The position numbers and the translations under genes were made by a program. This document shows positions 38,109-50,412 of a DNA stretch of 59,781 nt, piece by piece. Position 1 is the stretch's first letter. Each line of letters starts with the position of its first letter. The stretch is from a virus (taxonomy: Duplodnaviria > Caudoviricetes), in IMG/VR virus record IMGVR_UViG_3300009419_000837, positions 1-59,781 of that record; one strand, written 5' to 3'. Below the pieces are notes generated by a model. That model made no database searches, was not told where the DNA came from, and saw only the letters and a list, made by a program, of their open reading frames with translations.

Positions 38109-39224
38109 TTAAGGGAGAGTAAACGACCCTGTAGAGGCTCCGACGTCTAGAACGAGCGTTCCCGCTTTCCAGATACGAAGTCCGCCTTGGTTTTGACCCT
38201 TACCTCGGTTAGCGTCTCCAAAGTAAGTGCTTCCACCTAGATCTGTTGCACCACTGATACCGCTGTTAGCTGCTCCGCCACCTTGGTTGTACAAAACATT
38301 TACGTTAGTTCCTAAGCCTGATGGGATGGATATCCAACCCGATCCGCCGCCGCCCGGAGTGCCGCCTTGGCCCTGCTGATCGCAAGCACCTCCGCCACCG
38401 CCGTAGTAGCCACCGCCACCGCCAGCGCCCCAAGAACATCCGTAACCACCCGTGTGACCAGAGCCTGAACTGTAGCCGCCTCCAGGACCTGACGTAGTGG
38501 CACCGCCTCCTACAGGAGAGCCAAATGGATCAACAGCAGTTCCGCCGTTACCGTTCATAGCTCCGCCATTTCCAGCCCAGTCGCTGTAATAACATCCACC
38601 ACCGCCACCGCCTACAGCAGCTGCAATGTTGTCCCATCCGCTAGAACCTGGGTAAGTAATCCATGTTCCTCCACCACCTGCGCCAGCTGGACCAGGTGAA
38701 CCGCCACCACCGCCAGGAGAACCTGGTGTAGTACCAGAAGCTGCGCCACCAACTACATACCCAATAACTTTTCCTGGGCTAGAGTCCATGGTGAAGACGC
38801 CGCATCCTCCGTGGCCTGTTCGACCCTGCTCAGAGTTTGGGTACGATCCTCCGCCACCCATAAGTGCAATCTGGTATGAAACTGCCAAAGTAACAGTATG
38901 AGAGATAGAAGGGCTAGTAGTAGTTCTTCCGTTAACGTCTGTTGCATTAATTGTGTATGTATAAGTACCACTAGTGTTAGCCGTTCCAGACAACACTCCA
39001 GCCGTTGATAAAGATAGCCCAGTAGGAACAGACCCACTAGCTAACGTGTAAGTAGGGTTATCTCCAGAGTCGTCAGACGCGACAAACGTATATGAATACC
39101 CAGTTGCGTTGGCAGTAGTAATTGCAGTAGGACTAAAAGTTGTCCAAACAGGGGCCAACGGTCCCTTAATAACTCTCTGTCCTTGAGGGCCATAAGCGCC
39201 TCTTCCACTTGCTCTAAAAGGCAT
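38109..39224 (-). CDS. Virion protein with an Ig-like domain and a glycine-rich domain
   Basis: YTLASGSVPTGLSLSTAGVLSGT (putative Ig); GGGGGYYGGGGG glycine-rich domain. Confidence 0.8.
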   Translation of the reverse strand: MPFRASGRGAYGPQGQRVIKGPLAPVWTTFSPTAITTANATGYSYTFVASDDSGDNPTYTLASGSVPTGLSLSTAGVLSGTANTSGTYTYTINATDVNGRTTTSPSISHTVTLAVSYQIALMGGGGSYPNSEQGRTGHGGCGVFTMDSSPGKVIGYVVGGAASGTTPGSPGGGGGSPGPAGAGGGGTWITYPGSSGWDNIAAAVGGGGGGCYYSDWAGNGGAMNGNGGTAVDPFGSPVGGGATTSGPGGGYSSGSGHTGGYGCSWGAGGGGGYYGGGGGACDQQGQGGTPGGGGSGWISIPSGLGTNVNVLYNQGGGAANSGISGATDLGGSTYFGDANRGKGQNQGGLRIWKAGTLVLDVGASTGSFTLP

Positions 39225-39234
39225 TTATTACTCC

Positions 39235-42200
39235 TTAGAAGTTCTGGTTAGCTGATGCGTATACAATCCAAGCGCCAGCGTTTGTACGATGGAACGAGAA
39301 TGTAAAGATATCAATCTTACCGGCACCATTTGTGCCTGTTGGAGTTAGGCTGTTAGCCCAACGAATAGTTTGACCAGCGCCATTAATGTTAACAGTCGAT
39401 GGGATACGACCGGTAGCACCTTGAGTAACAAAAACGTTTGTAGTCATGATGAAGTTGTTATCTGTAGGAACGTTTGTGAAGTTAAACGTCATGTTACCAG
39501 TAGGAGCAGAGGCAATGTAGAATACGTTATCAGCAGTCCAGTCAAGTGTTACAGCGTTAGATCCATCAAGAGTAACGTTTCCTACTTCTTCACGAAGTTC
39601 ACCGATTGTGGTTGTACCAGTGCTTGTAATTCCACCGTTAAATGTAGCTGCACCAGTAAATGTTGAAGTGCTGGTTACTGCTAAAGTTCCCTGTGTAGAA
39701 ACGTTACCAGTTGTTGCGTTAACAGTGAATTGGTTTGTGTTGATTGCGATATTAGACGCAGCTCCACCAGTAATGGTTGAAGAGAAGGTCGCTGCTGCTG
39801 CGGTTAGATTTCCTACACGTACAGCATCGTAAACAAGGCCTGCTTGAGCGTAATCAACTGTGGTTTCTGGCTTGACAATAATGTTAGAAGCAAGCTTCCA
39901 AGTGCTATCTGTAGCATCCTTTGACCAAGTGTTGTAGCGAGTACGGATAGGGTCTGCAACAAGTGCTGAAGATACCGACTGATTAACAACAGATGTACCA
40001 GTTGGGCTTACAGCCGTAGAGGAGACGTTTGTTGTTGTCTTAGCATAAGAGAAGGTGTTGCTTGTTACGGCAGTAATTGTGTAAGTACCGTTAAATGTTG
40101 AATCAACGTTAGTTACAACTACAGTTTCACCAACAAGGTAAGGGTGAGTTGCAGTTGTTGTAAGTGTCGCTACGTTAGATACAAGAGCCTTATTGTTGAT
40201 AGAGAATGTCTGATCACCAATACGTGCGCTCGGTACGTTAGTTGCTGTTTTAGCGTATGTAAATGATGTTGTGTTTGGAACAGTAGTAATTGTGTAGGTT
40301 CCGTTGAATGTAGAATCAATTGCGGCTACAACTACAGAGTCTCCAACTAAGAAGCCGTGAGCAACTTCTGTTTCTAGAGTTGCTACGTTAGATGTAAGAG
40401 CCTTGTTAACAACCTTACGGCTTGGCAAGAATCCAGATACTGTGTACTTACCTTCAACTACAATACCTAAATCGTTTGTAAGAGACGTTGACCCGTCACC
40501 AGTAAAGATGAATGGTGCTTCAACGGCAAGGTTAGCGGTACCTACCTGAGTACCTTCACCACCGAATACGATGTTACCTTGAATGTAAACATCACCTGAG
40601 ATACCAACGCCACCAACAACAGTTAGCGCACCAGTAGTAGGTGATGTAGAAGGTGTTGCAATTTCAATGTGTACGTTAACACCTGGTGTGATTTCCATCT
40701 GAGTATTGTCAGATGCTAGACCGCCTGCCGCAAAAATAATCTTGTTCTGCGAGCCTGTGTCGCCAGTAGCAAACACCAAGTTACCTTGGTCGTCTCCACC
40801 TTCCGCGCCAACAACAAAAATGTAACCGTCACCCTTACCAGTGATTGTAAACTCTGGGTCAGAGAAGTTAGAGGATGTGATACCCATATCGATGTAACCA
40901 GAAGAGTCGGTTCCATTGTTTGAGTACGCAATAAAGTCGGTAGAAGCATTAGCATTTGTGCTACGGTTCTGGAAAGCAATCTGTGAGTAGTCGTTAAGGT
41001 TTGTATCAACTACAACAACTGGGTTAGTAAGTGATGCTAAGAAGTTGTTAGCGTTTGAACCAATTGGGAGAGTTGTAACTCCAGAAAAGTCTACAGTTCC
41101 GTTCACATCAAGGTCACCCGCGATATTTACGTTACCCGCGCTACCAATACCGCCTGCTACTACAAGAGCACCTGTTGTTGAAGAGGTTGACTCTGTTTCA
41201 ATTTCAATGTGGACAGTCTCGTTTGGAATAATAATCATCTGTGTTGTTCCAGCGGTAAGACCGCCAGCGGCAAACACGATGTTGTTAGAAAGTCCAGTTT
41301 CTGTTGTTGCTAAAACAAGGTTACCGTCTCCAGCTGGAGCCCAAGTCAAGCCTGCTGGATCAAGGGCTGTTTCAGCTTCTGGAGAACCAGTGGTTGTAAA
41401 AGTGAATGTTACTGAGGTAGGTGCCCCAACAACTGTGCGCTTTCCATCATAGGCAGCACCAACGCCGGTTACTCGAACAACGTCTCCAGTTGTGTAACCA
41501 TGTGGGAGTGAGGTGGTTAGTGTTGCAGTTCCAGCGAGGGTCTTCTTAGAAACAACATCGTATGTGTCTCCTTGAGGCGCTGACATGAATACGTAACCAT
41601 CATGTGGGCCAGTGATTCCATAAGTCTCAGCATCAAAGTTGTTGCTGGTAATACCCATGTCAATCCAGCCGTTATCGTTTACGCCGTCTGCGGTGTATGC
41701 AATAAAGTCAGTTGATGCGTTAGCACCATTGTTTAGGTTAACGATTGGGAACTGAGCAAAGTCAGTTGTTGAGGCTGAGAACACAGACATAGCGTCTGTA
41801 AGACCAGCAGATGTTTCAAAGTTTACAGCACCTGTTCCTTGAGACCCACCTGTGTAAGTTTTAGTTAAACGAGTAGTGGCTGTCCAAAGAGAATCTGTAC
41901 CGTCTGTAGATAAAAGTTTGTATGCTTGACCTGATTGGTTTGGCAGACCTTCTTGACCCAAAGCAAAGAGTACGGTGTTATCGTTTGGAAGAGCACCTGC
42001 TGGAGTAGCTGAAGTATGTTGAACAGTTACGATAAATGTACTTGTTCCGTCTGTTACAAGATCATTTACATAATAAAGAGTATTTTGAGTATAAGTTCCG
42101 CGCCAGTCAGCACCTTCAACAATCAAAGCCCAATATGTAGCGTTAGATGGTGCGTTACCTGTTGTAGCAGTATTGCTTTTATATGCGTAAAGGTTAGGGC

Positions 42201-42297
42201 CGTACTTAGCAATGTCATTGTACGAGTACTCTGCTGAATCAGTGTACGTACCTGTCCAATTAAAGCGAAGCTTTCCTAAATCTAGGATCTGTGCCAT
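39235..42297 (-). CDS. Large virion fibre/structural protein with internal duplication
   Basis: LDLGKLRFNW.G.Y N-terminus; two NASTDFIAY...IDMGITS repeats; three beta-modules; IRWA...IDIFTF C-terminus. Confidence 0.8.
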   Translation of the reverse strand: MAQILDLGKLRFNWTGTYTDSAEYSYNDIAKYGPNLYAYKSNTATTGNAPSNATYWALIVEGADWRGTYTQNTLYYVNDLVTDGTSTFIVTVQHTSATPAGALPNDNTVLFALGQEGLPNQSGQAYKLLSTDGTDSLWTATTRLTKTYTGGSQGTGAVNFETSAGLTDAMSVFSASTTDFAQFPIVNLNNGANASTDFIAYTADGVNDNGWIDMGITSNNFDAETYGITGPHDGYVFMSAPQGDTYDVVSKKTLAGTATLTTSLPHGYTTGDVVRVTGVGAAYDGKRTVVGAPTSVTFTFTTTGSPEAETALDPAGLTWAPAGDGNLVLATTETGLSNNIVFAAGGLTAGTTQMIIIPNETVHIEIETESTSSTTGALVVAGGIGSAGNVNIAGDLDVNGTVDFSGVTTLPIGSNANNFLASLTNPVVVVDTNLNDYSQIAFQNRSTNANASTDFIAYSNNGTDSSGYIDMGITSSNFSDPEFTITGKGDGYIFVVGAEGGDDQGNLVFATGDTGSQNKIIFAAGGLASDNTQMEITPGVNVHIEIATPSTSPTTGALTVVGGVGISGDVYIQGNIVFGGEGTQVGTANLAVEAPFIFTGDGSTSLTNDLGIVVEGKYTVSGFLPSRKVVNKALTSNVATLETEVAHGFLVGDSVVVAAIDSTFNGTYTITTVPNTTSFTYAKTATNVPSARIGDQTFSINNKALVSNVATLTTTATHPYLVGETVVVTNVDSTFNGTYTITAVTSNTFSYAKTTTNVSSTAVSPTGTSVVNQSVSSALVADPIRTRYNTWSKDATDSTWKLASNIIVKPETTVDYAQAGLVYDAVRVGNLTAAAATFSSTITGGAASNIAINTNQFTVNATTGNVSTQGTLAVTSTSTFTGAATFNGGITSTGTTTIGELREEVGNVTLDGSNAVTLDWTADNVFYIASAPTGNMTFNFTNVPTDNNFIMTTNVFVTQGATGRIPSTVNINGAGQTIRWANSLTPTGTNGAGKIDIFTFSFHRTNAGAWIVYASANQNF

Positions 42298-42557
42298 TAC
42301 AATACCTCCAACAGTAGACGCCCGGTTTCTTGATCAAAGCTATAACGGAAGGTGTTGTAGCTCCACATCCAATTTAGATAACTGGTAGAGGTGACCTCAA
42401 ATTCGTCGGGCAAACGAATCGGAGCATCACCGTTAATGATATCGATATATGCCTGGCCTGTCTCAGTATTTTGCTTTAGGCCATAAAACGCCTTATCTAC
42501 AAGATCCTCAAGCGTTGAGGAAAATCCGTCATCAATATCTACTAGATCTTGTGCCAT
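42297..42557 (-). CDS. Small virion protein
   Basis: TAATG-coupled in the structural operon. Confidence 0.6.
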   Translation of the reverse strand: MAQDLVDIDDGFSSTLEDLVDKAFYGLKQNTETGQAYIDIINGDAPIRLPDEFEVTSTSYLNWMWSYNTFRYSFDQETGRLLLEVL

Positions 42558-42979
42558 TACTTGATTGCCTCTCGTAGGTCAAGGGTTACATTTATAGCAT
42601 CTTCAATAGGGCATTTAGCCTTGATTGAGTCCCCTATCTGAAGGACAATCTCAGCGCCAATCTTATTAGCGGTCTCATCGATTGAAACCTCTGCAACACG
42701 GGTGTCTCCAGCTACTTGAGGAAACACCATGTACTTAGACTTTAGAACTCGAGTCTTCGATACAAAGTAGTCGTTTTCGTCTACTTCACGGTAGACATAT
42801 AGCTCTACTGGAAGAATAGTCCCAAGTGCGTTAGAGACTAGGACGGAGTTAAGACGAGTTTTGAATGTAGCTGTGAACAGAGTCACCAAGGAGTTCGCGG
42901 CTGTAATTTGCGCGGTTACGCCTTTGTTAAATCCTTTATCCGATACGAGCTTACTGCCCTGTATTTGCATGCCTGCCAT
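42557..42979 (-). CDS. Small beta-rich virion protein
   Basis: SVLVSN...IVLQIGDSI pattern; operonic. Confidence 0.6.
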   Translation of the reverse strand: MAGMQIQGSKLVSDKGFNKGVTAQITAANSLVTLFTATFKTRLNSVLVSNALGTILPVELYVYREVDENDYFVSKTRVLKSKYMVFPQVAGDTRVAEVSIDETANKIGAEIVLQIGDSIKAKCPIEDAINVTLDLREAIK

Positions 42980-42987
42980 TTGGTCTC

Positions 42988-43326
42988 CTATGCCGCCTGT
43001 TCAATTCCCTGAACAAAATAACGAACTCCAGCTGTGCCCGCTACCCAGATTTCATCTGTAGCGTTAATTCCAAAACGAATTGTTTCAAATACATTATAGC
43101 CTTCGAGTTCTACCTTGTAAGCGATTTGCGCCCATTTTGTTTCGTCAGAGTAATTAACAGACCCTTCAGGAATTACGTAAACGTACACTTCCGCATCAAG
43201 TAGTTCGTAGTTAGAAATAATTACTGAACACAGGTATGAAGCATCAGCAGTAAAAGCCAAAAGTCCATCTTCGTAAGTTGTACCTGTAGCGTCATCTACA
43301 ACGCCAAGGTTTGCAATACCTGCCAC
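42988..43326 (-). CDS. Small beta-rich virion protein
   Basis: SVIISN...VYVYV...QIAY...DEIWV; operonic. Confidence 0.6.
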   Translation of the reverse strand: MAGIANLGVVDDATGTTYEDGLLAFTADASYLCSVIISNYELLDAEVYVYVIPEGSVNYSDETKWAQIAYKVELEGYNVFETIRFGINATDEIWVAGTAGVRYFVQGIEQAA

Positions 43327-43327
43327 G

Positions 43328-44971
<1,644 letters not shown>

Positions 44972-44973
44972 AG

Positions 44974-46035
44974 TTACTGAGTTACCTCTTCACTAAGGAA
45001 TACCTGACCACGAATGTAAGTCTTTCGGAAATCTGGATCGCTTAAAGATTCTGCTTGTAAATCCCAAAATGCTCTGCGTGGAATGTAACGAGACTTATCG
45101 CTTGGAAGTGACAGTCTTAGTTTCTTAGTTGGACCGTCTTCAATCGTAATAGTGAAGGTAGCCCAAATAGAAGGAGAATTTGGAAACGTTCTAATTTGTG
45201 ATTTAAAGACAAGATCGTCAAAGTCTGTATCGTCTGGGAAATCAAACAGTGCGTACCAAGAGTCTCCCTGATTTAGAACAATGTCGTATACGCCAACGTT
45301 AGTTGGAGGAGGAGTGCGACCAATAACATCAATAGGAGTGTAGACGCGCTCTGGACGGCGTGCGTCATCAATCTCTTGTGGAACATACACTGGAACAAGC
45401 TTGTTAGTAGTACGGCTTGTGCGGCGGAGTATGCCCATCTCAATGCGCCAAAGACCAATGTTTAGAGCAGAAGATAACTGCTTGTATTGATCCCAACGCT
45501 GTTGAATCATTGTGGTCAACTGAGAAAAACGTTGATCACGAGGAATCGTTACTCCGTCTGGAGCAAGGATGTTAATATCAAATGCTGCGTCTGTAGCAAG
45601 CGCCCAGAGGCATTCGATAACTGACAGGATTACTAGAGGGTAGTCTTCTACAGCGGGTAGGTTTGCAAGGGTGGTTGCGCTACCAGAAGTACTGCTTCGA
45701 TTGTGAAGGTGCTGCCCTACAGCAGTATTAACAAAAGTCTCAATGTCTGAATCAGAGAAGTATCGGTAGTGAGTTCCGGTCGCAACTACTACAGAGTTAG
45801 CTGCGGGTGCGCTGGTGAAGTGGATTATTCCGTGATCTTTTTCAAGGGTGTACCCGACTGGAGTTGGCACAGGGGTACCGTTAACTGTAATAGTTAGGGT
45901 GATTGGGTCAATTGGCTTGACCTTAAGATCAAAATCTTTTTTAGAACCAGTACCGGCTTGGGTTACTGTGAACTCTTTTGGCAGATCGCCAAGCTCCATA
46001 CGAACTCTAGAGACAAGGTCAGATAAAATAGCCAC
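44974..46035 (-). CDS. Head-tail adaptor / neck protein with extra domains
   Basis: [11 protein letters not shown]...[10 protein letters not shown]; downstream of the capsid gene. Confidence 0.65.
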   Translation of the reverse strand: MAILSDLVSRVRMELGDLPKEFTVTQAGTGSKKDFDLKVKPIDPITLTITVNGTPVPTPVGYTLEKDHGIIHFTSAPAANSVVVATGTHYRYFSDSDIETFVNTAVGQHLHNRSSTSGSATTLANLPAVEDYPLVILSVIECLWALATDAAFDINILAPDGVTIPRDQRFSQLTTMIQQRWDQYKQLSSALNIGLWRIEMGILRRTSRTTNKLVPVYVPQEIDDARRPERVYTPIDVIGRTPPPTNVGVYDIVLNQGDSWYALFDFPDDTDFDDLVFKSQIRTFPNSPSIWATFTITIEDGPTKKLRLSLPSDKSRYIPRRAFWDLQAESLSDPDFRKTYIRGQVFLSEEVTQ

Positions 46036-46102
46036 TCTTGCTCCTTATTTGTTGGCACACACTAGGTACATAATCCCATGCATGAACTAGAAAAGTCTTT
46101 AT

Positions 46103-46134
46103 AAACGAAAACAGCGGGCCCGAAGACCCGCCGT
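46103..46134 (-). terminator. Intrinsic terminator
   Basis: ACGGCGGGT-CTTCGG-GCCCGCTGT hairpin (UUCG loop) followed by TTTCGTTT. Confidence 0.8.
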
Positions 46135-46151
46135 CACGTTGAAGATTAGTC

Positions 46152-46514
46152 TTAGATTACTCCTGCGAGATAACCCTTTTCTTTAAGGTGATTCGCAACA
46201 GCCGTGGTGACCTGATACTTCTGACCCGCTTTAAACGAGTAGACATTACCTGCACCAAGAGTCATTGACTCTACGTCAACAATGACGCGAATTTCTACTG
46301 TATCTCCGTCTTGACTGCCGACCTTGGTTACCTTATCTACAACTACTGTTGGTCGATTAGGCTTGGTTGCATCAATAACTTCAGTTTCTAACTTAATCTG
46401 TGCTTCAGCTGTAGCAAGGGACATGCTCTCGGCGCTCTTATTGATTGCATCAATATTTGCCGCTGCTAGCTCGTCGCGTCTACGACCTGTTACGTCAGTT
46501 GGGTTCTTAGCCAC
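46152..46514 (-). CDS. Capsid-associated hypothetical protein
   Basis: Directly after the major capsid gene; GGAGG SD; YSFKAGQKYQV...HLKEKGY. Confidence 0.7.
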   Translation of the reverse strand: MAKNPTDVTGRRRDELAAANIDAINKSAESMSLATAEAQIKLETEVIDATKPNRPTVVVDKVTKVGSQDGDTVEIRVIVDVESMTLGAGNVYSFKAGQKYQVTTAVANHLKEKGYLAGVI

Positions 46515-46546
46515 TTTCTATCCTCCGATGTATTGTCTGGGTTTAA

Positions 46547-46583
46547 TAGAAGGGGGGCGGTTAAGCCCCCCTCCCCTCTGCTA
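46547..46583 (-). terminator. GC-rich hairpin after the major capsid gene
   Basis: GGGGGGC-TTAACC-GCCCCCC stem with weak U tract. Confidence 0.6.
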
Positions 46584-46591
46584 TTAAGTTT

Positions 46592-47659
46592 TTAGTTGGT
46601 TTCTGCAATAACAACAGACTGGTCAGTAATTAGACCAAGACCGAAGATTGAGTACCAAGCAAGAGCGTGCTCACGACCGAAGTCTAGAATACCGCCATCG
46701 CGGAGTTCTACTGGAAGTGAAATAGCGTGACCGAATGCGTTATCTCCGATGAAGATAGCTGAATAACGATCTGCTGCTCCGTTACCTGTCTTTGTTGCTG
46801 GAGTGATGTAGCCTCCACCAGGTGTGATAACAGGTGTTACGTTGGTGTCAGTTGTGTAGTTAAGACCAGCACCACCAGCGACCTTTTCAACCTGTGTTGT
46901 TTCGATGAATACGCAGTCGTATAGACGACCGATCTCACCTAGCATGAAGTTACCTGGAGCTGCGTACTTTGTTACTTCGATGAACTCTGGGTTGTCACGA
47001 AGCTTACGGCTCTGGTGTGGGTGAACGAAAGCAACATATGTCTCACCTAAGCGAGGGATGTTCTTGGTTGCTAGTGTTTCGACTGCATCCTTGACAGTGT
47101 GAGTTGTCATGTTGAATGAGCCTGTCATAGCAGCACGGTTTGCAGCGGTTGTACCATCTGCGTACCAGTTGTTAACTGCTGATAGGGCTGAGCGATCTTC
47201 ACCGTAAATTGTTGAAGATGCTGCCATAAGTGTGTCGCGTGAAAGGTTATCTAGGTAGATAGCCATGTTACGACCGAGAAGACGTGAGGCTGAAGCCATT
47301 ACGTCATCGAATGATGCGTTAAGCAATAGTTCTGACACAGCAAGAGCATAACCATGCTCTGTTACTGTGATTGAGAACTGCTGTGCTGTAAGCGCGTTTG
47401 TCTGCATACGAACACCTTCGACAAGCGCTGAAGCGAAGCCAAGGTTGTTGTAACGCATGAAGTTGATCTGTAGACCAGGTGCAACACCAAGTTCAGTCTT
47501 CTTGACTGCGAACTGCTCGAAGCGAAGGATTGGTAGAGCCTGGAAAAGGATTTCCTTTGACCAGATCTGCTGAATCGCCTGAGTTAGTTGGGTGTTTGTG
47601 CCTGAGTAAGCTGTTGGGGACGCAGCAAGGTTGCCGGTACCCGTGATTCCAGATGCCAT
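46592..47659 (-). CDS. Major capsid protein (N4-gp56-like family)
   Basis: LRFEQFA.KKT, INFMRY, L.EGV, EHG.A..VSE, VHP.Q..LR, GEIGRL..C.FIET, DFGRE..LAWY. Confidence 0.92.
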   Translation of the reverse strand: MASGITGTGNLAASPTAYSGTNTQLTQAIQQIWSKEILFQALPILRFEQFAVKKTELGVAPGLQINFMRYNNLGFASALVEGVRMQTNALTAQQFSITVTEHGYALAVSELLLNASFDDVMASASRLLGRNMAIYLDNLSRDTLMAASSTIYGEDRSALSAVNNWYADGTTAANRAAMTGSFNMTTHTVKDAVETLATKNIPRLGETYVAFVHPHQSRKLRDNPEFIEVTKYAAPGNFMLGEIGRLYDCVFIETTQVEKVAGGAGLNYTTDTNVTPVITPGGGYITPATKTGNGAADRYSAIFIGDNAFGHAISLPVELRDGGILDFGREHALAWYSIFGLGLITDQSVVIAETN

Positions 47660-47689
47660 TTAAATGTATCTCCTAAGTTGGATTTTGGA

Positions 47690-48508
47690 TTAAGGGTTGC
47701 CGAACATGCCCTGTGAGATCCCACGAGCTTGAGGACTCATGAGTTTATCTCGGTATTGTGCGTATTCTTGAACAGACATGGCTGCAATTTCTTGAGCCGT
47801 AAAGTTACGTTGCGCCGTATTAGTTTCCAATGGTCCGGATGGAGGCAAGGTTGCCCTTGTCCCCGTCATATCTCGACGTGCAGTTTGCATTGCTTGCTGC
47901 GCCGATTCGAGAATTCTTGCTGAGCGCTCCTTCAATCCTTCGATACTTGCTTCAACCTCTTCAGGAGTATTTCCTGATAGAAGATCCACAAGTTCTGGAA
48001 TGATTGCTTCGCGCTCTTGTTCTAACCGCGAGTTGCGGTAATTTTGGAGGTCCGTAAAAGCACGTTCCTGCTCCAGAAGAGCGAAGGCTCGTTCGCGTTC
48101 TTGACGCTCACGCTCCAACTGCTCCTGCCACTCTTGCTCTTTAACCTTAAGAAGCTCACGAACCTCAAGTTCGGATTCCTTTTGTTCTTTTTGCATTGCC
48201 ATCTCTGCGGCTTCTTTCTCCGCAGCAGCTGCTGCTAAGCGAGCGGCTTCTTCTTCACGTTCTTTTCGAAGAGAAGAAACTTCGTCTTTCAACTGCTCGA
48301 TCTGAGGATAAAGCTTATCTTTTTCCTGTGAGCGAACCTTTGCTAGATCTTCTTCTGTGTAAAACTTTGAGTTCACAGCAGTAGAAGAAGTTGTGCTATT
48401 TGTTGTAGTAGCAGTTGACGCGTCAGCGCCAGACATGTTTACAACTGGAGTAGTTCCTGTTTCGCCTGCAAATGCAGCCGCGACAGTAGCTTCTAAACCT
48501 TCCGACAT
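47690..48508 (-). CDS. Capsid scaffolding protein
   Basis: YTEEDLAKVRSQEKDKLY, long coiled coil, C-terminal IAAMSVQEYAQYR; between portal and capsid genes. Confidence 0.85.
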   Translation of the reverse strand: MSEGLEATVAAAFAGETGTTPVVNMSGADASTATTTNSTTSSTAVNSKFYTEEDLAKVRSQEKDKLYPQIEQLKDEVSSLRKEREEEAARLAAAAAEKEAAEMAMQKEQKESELEVRELLKVKEQEWQEQLERERQERERAFALLEQERAFTDLQNYRNSRLEQEREAIIPELVDLLSGNTPEEVEASIEGLKERSARILESAQQAMQTARRDMTGTRATLPPSGPLETNTAQRNFTAQEIAAMSVQEYAQYRDKLMSPQARGISQGMFGNP

Positions 48509-48632
48509 AAGTAATTCCTTTGCATCCTAGGGGTCGTTTTACGAATGGGCTAAAGCCCGTAGCACGAATGACCAAACATTTTTATTCAGTATTAATTTTT
48601 CTATCAAGTACAAGAAATGTCAGCGTAAACGC

Positions 48633-50348
48633 TTATTTTTCGTACTCTTCCGGTACACGTCTCTGAGGGAGTTGCGTACCGTAAGCCTCTGTTACCAAGC
48701 GGGTTCTTAGGTCTTGCTCACCCGAAGCGATCATGGCAGTTGCCTGATCGACGATAGGGGTAGCGGCACTTGGTTGACCGCCCTGTGGAGCACCTGTTGC
48801 AGGATCCATAATTGGCTGACCTGGGGCTCCATCTGGGCCTGTAGTCATACCAGTAAGTTTCATAATCTCTCCAGCAATCTCATTCTTGAGCATCTGTAGA
48901 GCGCCATCAGCCTTGGCATCATCCATAAGTTCTTGACGAATCTCTTGAATCTTCTCAGCTGGGAACTCTTCACCAAGTGAGCGCAAGGCGCCTTCTTTGG
49001 ACTCAAGCCCTAGTGACATTAACGACTGAACTTCGTTAAGAGCAATGAGCTTATCTAGTGGAAGTGGCTGAGGGAATTGAACAACTGAACGATAAGTAAT
49101 TGGGTCATTAGGATCTAACTGCTGTACCTGACCTGGCTTAATAGGGGTGTTGAACTGAGGGTTCCAAGTAAACATCTCTGGCTCTTTAACAGCCAAGTTC
49201 AAAAGGATAAGTTCGTTGATGCGCTCAAGTCCGTATGCGTACTGAACGATCTTCTGGTGGTAACGGTTCATCAAAGGCTGGAACATAATAGACAACGCCA
49301 CGCCTGAAGTGTTAGACACTGGCATAGCCTGTCCTAGAGCAGACTCTGGAACACCAATCATTTCGTGCATAGACTTCTTAAGTAGTTCCATGAACTCCAT
49401 GGCACCCTTTAATCCTTGCGCTCCACCTTCAAGATTTTCAACACGTGCTTCTTTAGGAAGTCCGCCCCATACCTTGTTAGCGCCCTTTTCTAGTTGTGAA
49501 GCCTTCGCTCCAATAATGACTGTAACTGGCGCAGCGTGGTAATTAACAATATCGGCAACGTCAGTAGCAACCTCATTGTAAGTACGATTAATGCTAATAA
49601 TGTCGTTGCAATCAGACAAGCCCCAAGGAGAACCAGAGATGCGGACATTCGGAATATGTACAACAGGAATAGTGCCGAGCGGGTTAGGGCGTGAATCAAT
49701 AAGTTCATCATTGATGTATTCCTCGATAATGTCGTCTGTAAGAATTTCTGTGTACGTAAATACTTGACGAGTTCCTTCAAGTGATGTGCCCCAGAAACGA
49801 TACTTAAGCTTAAAGCGAATCAAGCGCTCGCGGTCATGTGGGTGGAACTCTGGAAAACAAAATGATGAGTTAAGAGGCAAGATACGAACACGACCAGGGT
49901 GGGTACGCCCAGCGGGATCTTTGTACTCTTCTTCGTAAGCAACCTTGATAAAGCAATCTCCAGAGACAGTTCCCTGTTGACCGATTTCCCAAAGTACTGT
50001 TGCTTTGTTGTTGTCGACTTCCCACACTCGCTCCAGCAAATCAGGGACAATCGCTTCTGTCTCCTTTGGTGAGCGGAACTGCACGCCTTTTCCAAAGGTA
50101 AAGTTAATTACGAAATCTGTAAACGCTCTGTAGTAATTTAGAGCAATTTGACTTTCGCCAGTCTGACGGCGGTATGAATAGTGATGACCTAGATACATAG
50201 CCCAGTTCATCGAGTAACGGTTTAGTCGCGGACCGTGTACTTCAAACTCTTCGTCTGCTAGTTCTACAAGACCTAGGGGAGAAATTGAGATTGTTAAATC
50301 GCTTGACGCCGCCCTATAACTTGGCGGTGAAAAGTCAATTGAACTCAC
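48633..50348 (-). CDS. Portal protein (SPP1 gp6-like)
   Basis: LNY...D....F.FGKG, NPLGTIPVVHIPN...WGLSD, SGVAL. Confidence 0.9.
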   Translation of the reverse strand: MSSIDFSPPSYRAASSDLTISISPLGLVELADEEFEVHGPRLNRYSMNWAMYLGHHYSYRRQTGESQIALNYYRAFTDFVINFTFGKGVQFRSPKETEAIVPDLLERVWEVDNNKATVLWEIGQQGTVSGDCFIKVAYEEEYKDPAGRTHPGRVRILPLNSSFCFPEFHPHDRERLIRFKLKYRFWGTSLEGTRQVFTYTEILTDDIIEEYINDELIDSRPNPLGTIPVVHIPNVRISGSPWGLSDCNDIISINRTYNEVATDVADIVNYHAAPVTVIIGAKASQLEKGANKVWGGLPKEARVENLEGGAQGLKGAMEFMELLKKSMHEMIGVPESALGQAMPVSNTSGVALSIMFQPLMNRYHQKIVQYAYGLERINELILLNLAVKEPEMFTWNPQFNTPIKPGQVQQLDPNDPITYRSVVQFPQPLPLDKLIALNEVQSLMSLGLESKEGALRSLGEEFPAEKIQEIRQELMDDAKADGALQMLKNEIAGEIMKLTGMTTGPDGAPGQPIMDPATGAPQGGQPSAATPIVDQATAMIASGEQDLRTRLVTEAYGTQLPQRRVPEEYEK

Positions 50349-50412
50349 TTTTACTCCCTATCTAAAACTGTTAGTACGCTTATCGTAGCAGTGCCAAACT
50401 TACTTTGGATTT

